DNA from: Caecitellus pseudoparvulus
Lineage: Eukaryota; Protista; Bigyra: Bicosoecida
Direction: 5' to 3'
DNA: 64,000 nucleotides
Assembly (NCBI GenBank): GCA_965644315.1
Contig: CBFFRQ010000017.1
Coordinates: forward strand, 143,860-207,859
Both the position numbers and the translations under genes were made by a program. Position 1 is the first letter of the stretch; each line of letters starts with the position of its first letter. Under the pieces are notes generated by a model. The model did no database searches and was not told the origin of the DNA. It saw only the letters and a program-made list of their open reading frames with translations. Shown piece after piece: positions 53,301-60,599 of this stretch.

Positions 53301-54062
53301 TCAACGGGGCAAACGCTAGGCAGTGGAGGGGAGCCCGATCCTGGCTCCTCTTCGCCACCCCTTGTTGACCTCCCATCCCCTCTGGCAGCAGGATACGTGC
53401 CAGCAACCTCTGCGCCGGCGCAGTCAGCGGGCACGCCGGACATTTCCCCCCTGCTGGCCGCGCGCAAAGATGTTGGGACACCAGAGGCCCTGCGCTTGAA
53501 CCGCTCTGGCACTGCCTCCTCCGCCGACACTGCTGCGCTCTTCGCATCGGGTGTGCCCATCGACCTGAGTAGCGTGCGCCAAGACTCCACTGTCAGCGTG
53601 CACACGAGCGAGGCAGACCGAGGACCGGCAGCACAGCCGCAAGCCAAGGCGCACGAGTCGACAGAGCGGCCATCATGGGCGCGGGGCGCCACCGCCCAGC
53701 CCTGGTCTCCAGAGAACGCCCTCGTTCAGCATCAACCAGGCGCAGCAGGTGGCCTGCCAAACTTGCACCTGTCCCCCGAAGAAGCAGACGCTCTCTTCAG
53801 GGCCTTGGGCGCCCTGAAGGCCGTGGACGAGCTCCTCAGTCGGTGTGTGGGCTTCTGGGGGGGCATGGAAGTGGTCATTGACGTCCTCGTCCACGGCAAA
53901 GAACACTCCGAAACCCTGCTCGCCTCCACCACCTCCCCGCGCCTGCTCAAACGGGCCATGGACAAGCTCAAGGCGTACCGGGAGTTCTGGCTCGCCTTCC
54001 GATTCTTGTGCATGCGATACGTCACGGCAGTGTCACGGAAGAACTGGTACAGGTTCCTGTAG
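50355..54062 (+). CDS. CAMK-group Ser/Thr kinase with N-terminal TM anchor and C-terminal helical domain
   Basis: IGRGTFSVV, AVK, HRDIKPEN, DFG, GSPQYVAPE, DVWSVG; hydrophobic VVIAAAAAAVVAVGATYLVM near probable ATG 50355 (frame is open further upstream). Confidence 0.9.
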   Translation: MDSKQTTRVVIAAAAAAVVAVGATYLVMSWSQERERRAMEEAQAAKAASAGAAQRGEEEDEEGERRRPALPPLHPPAPRVKSLDSDDVRCPSDGLSSSAASACGVQSSGGGRADGYAQASPASGRGIRQGTHQSEISEITWPVTGNSPSAKSPASRTGSTRGEHETTPKRPSLSTHGSVGSARSDISSLRIGVRREPTSEEALSPALQGTGVAGSFSGHSDRGGHGFSSARPSGGGGEEAPIGVESTPLEVVRDRPFTDDYEMLESIGRGTFSVVRKCRHLATGDVRAVKCIDTHRFRLSASFDSDRLLEEVRILSSLRHPHIITLYDVYFSQQEEAIFSVTELAQGGELFDSILASGNFSEAQARHVVWQVLSALAFMHRREVVHRDIKPENILVFGSTQRPPSNPHSAPEPMLNVKLADFGTSRMLAGAGASTFVGSPQYVAPEILFAREGAGRYGTKVDVWSVGVTLFAMLAGYLPFDDAAHPGDTSGWEARIKAGTFRFAPPVWTHISAGAQDIISHMLTVDPAQRWSVQECLAHPWLAGHPPKRGDASAEGEGSSSAPVAGARTAPPDASPSTGTAQAGLHTSSTMPVPGQAGAVSSDGVALVPAGPAGMAGVSIPMLLTVSKSMDLDALFALQRSIALHFAEAHASLRRMPAASGAVRHHAVECRTLQAKVTNIITGFKDKAGSVLQVLDDLNVAVEDRDLPGTKALFSRLQQWVQRLRTESIGIQEGYSQIVMDVQMSLESARAVRDSATDAAGRRLSASGNRRALADGRPSTSLMLQARHAAPHSPGTALAGTGDGSPSGSVFSTDDRVGMLYNPVDVATNADALAALLSGQAKPSPGPDELRRARNILQGMGAPTESGQDSPLPMPSPKPMDASRGFGWSSAAQTAHSDVQGPPGTLLGAMAGTSAFAPPSAPAAPAGPGTGLGAGTDAGVHTSGGTGVEPVSAGTGVAPGPGALAGGGLSPGIARQHTGNTQSTGQTLGSGGEPDPGSSSPPLVDLPSPLAAGYVPATSAPAQSAGTPDISPLLAARKDVGTPEALRLNRSGTASSADTAALFASGVPIDLSSVRQDSTVSVHTSEADRGPAAQPQAKAHESTERPSWARGATAQPWSPENALVQHQPGAAGGLPNLHLSPEEADALFRALGALKAVDELLSRCVGFWGGMEVVIDVLVHGKEHSETLLASTTSPRLLKRAMDKLKAYREFWLAFRFLCMRYVTAVSRKNWYRFL

Positions 54063-54628
54063 GCTTCTCGACTGCAGTGAACTGGAAGCAAGCGCAGGTT
54101 GAGCCTGCACATGCTTGCCAGGCCAGTGAGCGTTTGGGGCTGAAGCTGGCCAGCCCTGCATGGCAGCACTGTGCTTGGGGCGTTCTGCCGTGGTTGGACA
54201 CGACGCGAAGTGCCCGTGAACTCTGCGTTTCGTCCTTTGCAAGGCGACCTTGTAATGCGACACAGTTTGACTGGGCCTTGGTTCAAATGCTATTCCGAGC
54301 GAGGAAAGGTGGAACGGCTTGCCGAGCGCCACTGCACAGGTGAACGGAGTGTTGGGCGTGATGCTTGTGGTGGAGCGTGCAAGAGCCCGAAATGCAGAGA
54401 AGTTTCGTGGTTGCAGGAGCTGCTTTGTGGGGGGGGGGTTCCACACTGCCGCACCCGATGCAGTTCGGCAATCTTGAACCAAGCTAGAGTTTCTTCCAAG
54501 TAAAAACGACCTTGGAGAAGTCTGGTTTAGTTCAATAAACTGCTAAGAGCCTTTTCCCACCAGGACTTCCATTGCCAGAGGCCTCAGTGCCGCAATTGCT
54601 TGTCGGAGCGGAAATTGAAGCCGCCAAC

Positions 54629-57600
54629 ATGGCAGCAGCTGAAGGCGGCTTGGATGATAGAGCCCAGCTATGGAAGGATGCGTGCACAAGGGGGGACATA
54701 GGATGGATGCTAGCAGCTTTTCAAGGGGAGCTTGATGAATCATATGCTATCATGCGTGCCTTGACGCGCGAAAGTGCAACTCGAGCCTTCTGGGTTGCTT
54801 GCGTCTGCGGGCACGTGCCACTGCTCCAGGAACTGCTGGCTCTGGAGGGCGGACAAGCGGTGGAGGTGCATGCTGGGAGTGGGCAAGGGCCTGAGACTGG
54901 CTTTAGGGCGGCGTGCGAACGAGGTCATGTGCATGTGGTGCGGGAGTTGCTCGCCCTGGCTGGTGCCCGCCAGGTGGATGTCCATGCTGGGCCAGAAGAA
55001 AGGCCTGAGGCTGGCTTCCGGTGGGCATGTGCGAACGGCCACATCGATGTGGTGCGGGAGTTGCTGGCGCTGACGCGGCCATCGTGAGGTGAACGTGCAT
55101 GCTTGGGATGCGAACGGGCCTGAGGCTGGTTTTCGACTTGCCTGTGCGAATGGCCACATCGGTGTGGTGCGTGATTTGCTGGCGCTGACCGGACATCGTG
55201 AGGTGGATGTGCATGCGGGGGATGCGAACGGGCCTGAGGCTGGTTTTCGACTTGCCTGTGCGAATGGCCACATCGGTGTGGTGCGTGATTTGCTGGCGCT
55301 GACCGGAGATCGTGAGGTGGATGTGCATGCTTGGCGATGCGAACGGGTCTGAGGCTGGTTTTCGACTTGCCTGTGCGAATGGCCACATCGGTGTGGTGCG
55401 TGATTTGCTGGCGCTGACCGGAGATCGTGAGGTGGATGTGCATGCGGGGGATGCGAACGGGCCTGAGGCTGGTTTTCGACTTGCCTGTGCGAACGGCCAC
55501 CTGGATGTGGTGCGTGATTTGCTGGCGCTGACCGGAGATCGTGAGGTGGATGTGCATGCGGGGGATGCGAACGGGTCTGAGGCTGGTTTTCGACTTGCCT
55601 GTGCGAATGGCCACATCGGTGTGGTGCGTGATTTGCTGGCGCTGACCGGAGATCGTGAGGTGGATGTGCATGCATTTGACAAGGATGGCCCAGAGAGTGC
55701 ATTCCGTTGGGCCTGCTTCAATGGGCAGGTGGAAGTGGTGCGGGAGCTTCTGGATCTGTCCGGAGATCGAACCGTAGATGTCAACGCAAAGGAGGGGGAA
55801 GAGCATGAAACAGCTTTCCAGCTCGCATGTTGCAGAGGGCATCTGGATGTGGTGCGCGAGTTGCTGGACGTGCCTCCTGATCGCGCAGTGGATGTACACG
55901 CCGGGGACCAGTATGGTCCCGAGGCTGCATTCCGACTTGCATGTGCCTACGGTCATGTGGACGTGGTAACTGAATTGCTGAGATTGAGCGGCACTCGAGC
56001 TGTGAATGTGCATGCTGGCGACGGCGACGGAGACGATGCTGGGTTTCGAGCTGCATGCTTCAACGGCAATGAGGAGGTTGTGCGCTTGCTGCTTGATTTG
56101 CGAGGCGCAAGGGCTGTAAATCTGCATGCAGGAAGTGAATCAGCTTTTCAACTTGCGTGCGCGAATGGCCATGTAGATGTGGTGCAACAGCTGCTTGATT
56201 TCCGGGGCGATCCTAAAGTGGATGTACATGCAGGAGACCGGAACGGTCCACAGGCTGCCTTTCAGCTTGCGTGCGCGAATGGCCATGAAGGTATGGTACA
56301 AAAGCTGCTGCAGCTTTTCGACGAACGAGAGCTTGACGTGGACGTGCATGCAGGAGACCGGGACGGCCCACAGGCTGCCTTCCGGCTTGCGTGTGCGAAT
56401 GGCCATGTAGGTGTGGTGCAACGGCTGCTCCAGCTTTCGGGCGGAAGAAAGGTGGACGTGACAGCTGCAGATCAAGACGGCCCACAGGCTGCCTTCCGGC
56501 TCGCGTGCGCAAATGGCCATGTAGGTGTGGTGCAGCGGCTGCTGCAGCTTGCGGGCGGAAGAAAGGTGGACGTGAAAGCTGCAGATCAAGACGGCCCACA
56601 GGCTGCCTTCCGGCTCGCGTGCGCAAATGGCCATGTAGGTGTGGTGCAACAGCTGCTTGATTTCCGGGGACGGATCCTAAAGTGGATGTGACATGCAGGA
56701 GACCGGAACGGTCCAGAAGCTGCCTTCCGGCTCGCCCGCACGAATGGGCACGCGGATGTACTTCGTGAGCTGCAGGAGCACCCAAAGAAAGCCTGCACTA
56801 TTGGGTCCTGTGTGCCACTTCACAGAAGCCGATTCCAGGTTTTTAGGTGCTTGCAGTGTGGGCGATGTGCAGGTTGTGCGCGAGGTATTAGCCATCTCTG
56901 GTCCCCAGTCGGTTGATGTTCATGCCGCTGATGAAGTGGGTCCTGAAGCCGGCTTTCGCCTTGCTTGCGCGAATGGGCACGTTGACATTGTTCGAGATCT
57001 TTTGGCTTTGAGCGGGGACCGTGCTGTGGACGTGAATGTGGGCGATGAGGGTGGACCAAACGTGGCCTTCAGACTTGCCTGCGCGAACGGTTGCGTCGAC
57101 GTTGTGCATGAGTTGCTCATGATGACCGGAGACAGAGCAGTGCGTGGGGCCAATAGGAATAGGTGGGGCCCGGAGATTGGCCTATGGGCAGCTTGTACAA
57201 ACGGCCATGTGGAGGTAGTGCAAAGGCTCCTGAAGGCCACAGGCGTGAATAAGGTCGATGTGCATGCTGGAGACGAGGGGGGTGCCGAGGCTGGCTTTCG
57301 ACTTGCCTGTGCTAATGGGCACCTGGATGTGGTGCAGAAGCTGCTGTCTCTGCCCGGTCGTCGTGCGGTTGATGTACATGCTGGAGACGAGGGGGGTGCC
57401 GAGGCTGGCTTTCGACTTGCCTGTGCTAATGGGCACCTGGATGTGGTGCAGAAGCTGCTGTCTCTGCCCGGTCGTCGTGCGGTTGATGTGCATGCTGGAG
57501 ACGAGGGGGGTGCCGAGGCTGGCTTTCGACTTGCCTGTGCTAATGGGCACCTGGATGTGGTGCAGAAGCTGCTGTCTCTGCCCGGTCGTCGTGCGGTTGA

Positions 57601-58551
57601 TGTGCATGCTGGAGACGAGGGGGTGCCGAGGCTGGCTTTCGACTTGCCTGTGCTAATGGGCACCTAGATGTGGTGCAGAAGCTGCTGTCTCTGCCCGGTC
57701 GTCGTGCGGTTGATGTGCATGCGGCTGATACGAGGGGTTTGCCTGAGGGTGCCTTCAGGTTTACGTGTGCCGAGTGGCCACCTAGAGTGTTGTGCAGTGT
57801 GCTGCTGGCGCTGACCGATCGACCGTGCGGTGGATGTGCATGCTGGCGATGCGAACGGTTTGCCCGAGGCTGGCTTCCGGTGGGCATGTGCGCAATGGGC
57901 ACGTAGAGTGTGGTGCGTGAGCTGCTGGCGCTGACCGATGACCGTACGGTGGATGTGCATGCTGGCGATGCGAACGGGCCCGAGGCTGGCTTCCGGTGGG
58001 CATGTGCCAATGGGCACGTGAGTGTGGTGCGTGAGCTGCTGGACGCTGACCGGCCATGGTGAGGTGGACGTGCATGCGTGGCGATGCAGAACGGGCCTGG
58101 GGCTGGCTTCCGGTGGGCATGTGCCAATGGGCACGTGAGTGTGGTGCGTGAGCTGCTGGACGCTGTGTGGCCATCGTGAGGTGAATGTGCATGCTGAGTT
58201 GAAGGGTGAGCGAGAGCATGTATTTCGCAAGGCCTGCGAGGGTGGTCATGTAGGTGTGGTGCAGTGAGCTGCTGGCGCTCACGGGACCACGTGAGGTGGA
58301 CGTTCATGCCGGGCCTGAAGGGGATCCTGAGGCTGGTTTTCGCATTGCCTGTGAAAAAGGCCATGTGGATGTGGTGCGGGAGCTCACGGGACTTTGTGGG
58401 AGTCGGGCAGTTCCTCGTCAAACTTGGCTTAAGTTTGGGAACATCACGGCGCAAGCAACTGAAGGATGCTGTCTGGGGCGGCACGAGCACTCGCCACGGA
58501 CGAAGGTCGATGCTGCTGCTCAGATCACGGTCTAGCACTGCATGGCTGTGA
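54629..58551 (+). pseudogene. Ankyrin-repeat gene A, about 32 repeats of 38 aa, broken by many 1-2 nt indels (pseudogene or sequencing error)
   Basis: Consensus VDVHAGDxxGPEAGFRLACANGHxDVVRELLALTGDR; frame breaks near 55075, 55331, 56670-56690, 57620 and many in 57720-58460; N- and C-caps match gene B. Confidence 0.8.
55087..58260 (+). repeat. 114-bp tandem repeat array in homogenised sub-blocks
   Basis: Period measured between GAGGTGG at 55200 and 55314; near-identical blocks at about 55087-55670, 56330-56660, 57260-57720 and 57830-58200. Confidence 0.92.
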
Positions 58552-59620
58552 ACGCTGCATCTTTGAGCGTCCTGCAATGGAAACCTGAGGCAGGTTGCGT
58601 CGGTCAGCAGGTGCAGAAGCACAAGACTGTCGCCCAGTATACCATGGCCTGAACCCCCAGCCGCTGTTGGAGAGCCGTGCACATGGGAGGGGTGTGCACC
58701 GCCACTTGCAGTGGGTGCTGGTTCTGCCTGTGCACAAGAACGTCCAGCACCGCACCCCATCCCGCCTGCTGGGAGAGAGTCAGGTCAGCAAAACACACCT
58801 GCATGCTTCCTGTCAGATGCCTGGCTGAAACACAGTGCTGCAGAAGGTGCATAAGGAACACAAGGGCACACAGCGGCCAGGCTGCACACACACCACCCAC
58901 TCTCCCGATCCATCGTCCTGCTCAGCACGTGCATCATCAGGCGGCATGTGACGATGCACTACAGGACACGCCACATTGCCCTGCTCCACGCCAATTGCTG
59001 CAACATTTTCGCCACCGTCACCGCCTATAAGCGGCCTTTGCCAGTGGCCGCTCCTCGCAGGTGCTGTAGCGTGGATACTGTTGCCTGATTCGCACACTTT
59101 GCCAGGGCATTTTTCACTGGACCAGGTCACTGCCCATACCCCGCTGTGCATGGGACGCGCCCTATGGTGGCCTTCGAGTTGCTTTTGGCGTTGGGCGGCA
59201 TGGGGTGCCTGGCATGCGTGAAGGGCGAGACCAGGACACCACCGCGCAAGGCAAGCGTCAGCAGGTCAGCTTGCGCCCCCTTGAACAGAATCTTGATATG
59301 GAGGGCCAGGGTGGGGGCCAAAGTAGGGCAGGCAATCAGTATCTTAACACGGCAAGGAGGGCCAAGCCAGTGATCAGACACAACTTGGACCAGATTGAAG
59401 TTCGGACTTCTGGAAGGGTGTGGTGTAAAGCAAAGCTGCATAGTGACTAGGGTCTCGATCGGAGAAGCGCTTGTATTAGCACAGCATCCCACGAGGAGGG
59501 TGCGGAAGCCGTTCCAGGGAGTTGTACTGTGAGTGGTGGTGCGGGGAGGGGGCAGGGCGCAGAGCTTGCTAAATCCACCTGGCTCCATGCCGGCAACGGT
59601 CTCTGCATTTGTGCATTTCA

Positions 59621-60556
59621 TCACGCACGATCCGAGCCACGGGACCTCAGCAAGAGCATCGCTCGCCGTCCATGCCGAGTGCTGGTGCCAGCCCACACTG
59701 CTTCACGCGCAGGCTGCACACTGAACTTCCATTCTTGTTGCCAGATGTGAGTTGGGATGGCACGATGACCAGTCAGGCCCAGTAGCTCACACAAGGTGCC
59801 CGTGTGGCCCCTGATGCATGCCCATCGGAAGGCAAACTCAGGTCCATCTTCATCTGCCGCATGCACATCCACTTCACGCGCTCCTCTAAGGCCGAGCAGC
59901 TCACGAACGATGTCGGTGTGACCCCCACAGCAAGCATGTCGGAAAGCGGCCTCAGGTCCATCTTCATCTGCCGCATGCACATCCACTTCACGCGCTCCTC
60001 TAAGGCCGAGCAGCTCACGCACGATGTCGGTGTGGCCCCCACGGCACGCGCCTCGAAAGGCGAACTCCAGCCCATCCCAACCTCTAGCATGAACATCCAC
60101 TTCCCGCTCCCCAGTCAGGACAAGAAGCTCCCGCACAATGTCTGTGTGGTCATTGGCGCATGCCCATCGGAAGGCACCCTCAGGCCCATCCTCATCCGCC
60201 GCATGCACATCCACTTCCCGCGCCCCAGTGAGCCCCAACAGCTCACGCACGACGTAGAGGTGGCCATTGGCGCATGCCAGTCGGAACGCAGCCTCAGGCC
60301 CATCCTCATCCGCCGCGTGCACATCAACCCCGAGGCTACCTGTCAGGGCTAACAGCTCGCGCATCAACTCCATATGACCTTTCTGGCATGCAACCCGAAA
60401 CCCAGCTGTTGTGTCTGAACTCGTCAGTGCCACAGCCAAAGTATCTGTTTGAGCATAGGCTTGCTGCAAGGTGTGCCAGAGCTGATCTGCATCCCACTCA
60501 TCACAAGCGGCTTTCCATTGGGCCTTGAGGTGTGCTGAATTTTCAAAGGTTGCCAT
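59621..60556 (-). CDS. Ankyrin-repeat gene B, 6 repeats of 38 aa, intact
   Basis: 311-aa ORF with the same repeat consensus (VDVHAADEDGPEAAFRxAC..GH..VRELL.L.G.R) and caps as gene A. Confidence 0.88.
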   Translation of the reverse strand: MATFENSAHLKAQWKAACDEWDADQLWHTLQQAYAQTDTLAVALTSSDTTAGFRVACQKGHMELMRELLALTGSLGVDVHAADEDGPEAAFRLACANGHLYVVRELLGLTGAREVDVHAADEDGPEGAFRWACANDHTDIVRELLVLTGEREVDVHARGWDGLEFAFRGACRGGHTDIVRELLGLRGAREVDVHAADEDGPEAAFRHACCGGHTDIVRELLGLRGAREVDVHAADEDGPEFAFRWACIRGHTGTLCELLGLTGHRAIPTHIWQQEWKFSVQPAREAVWAGTSTRHGRRAMLLLRSRGSDRA

Positions 60557-60599
60557 GGTCGAGTTCCGCGGAGATGCCAGGGTCTGACGCAGAAGTTGG

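Noticed and set aside
54629-58551. CRISPR array or diversity-generating retroelement
   Set aside because: Units are contiguous coding ankyrin repeats with no spacers; no cas or reverse transcriptase gene; differences are not adenine-specific.
58560-59600. Gene between the two ankyrin genes
   Set aside because: Only short unrelated ORFs; a faint ELLLALGG/LACVKG ankyrin-like remnant near 59170-59225 is too weak to call.
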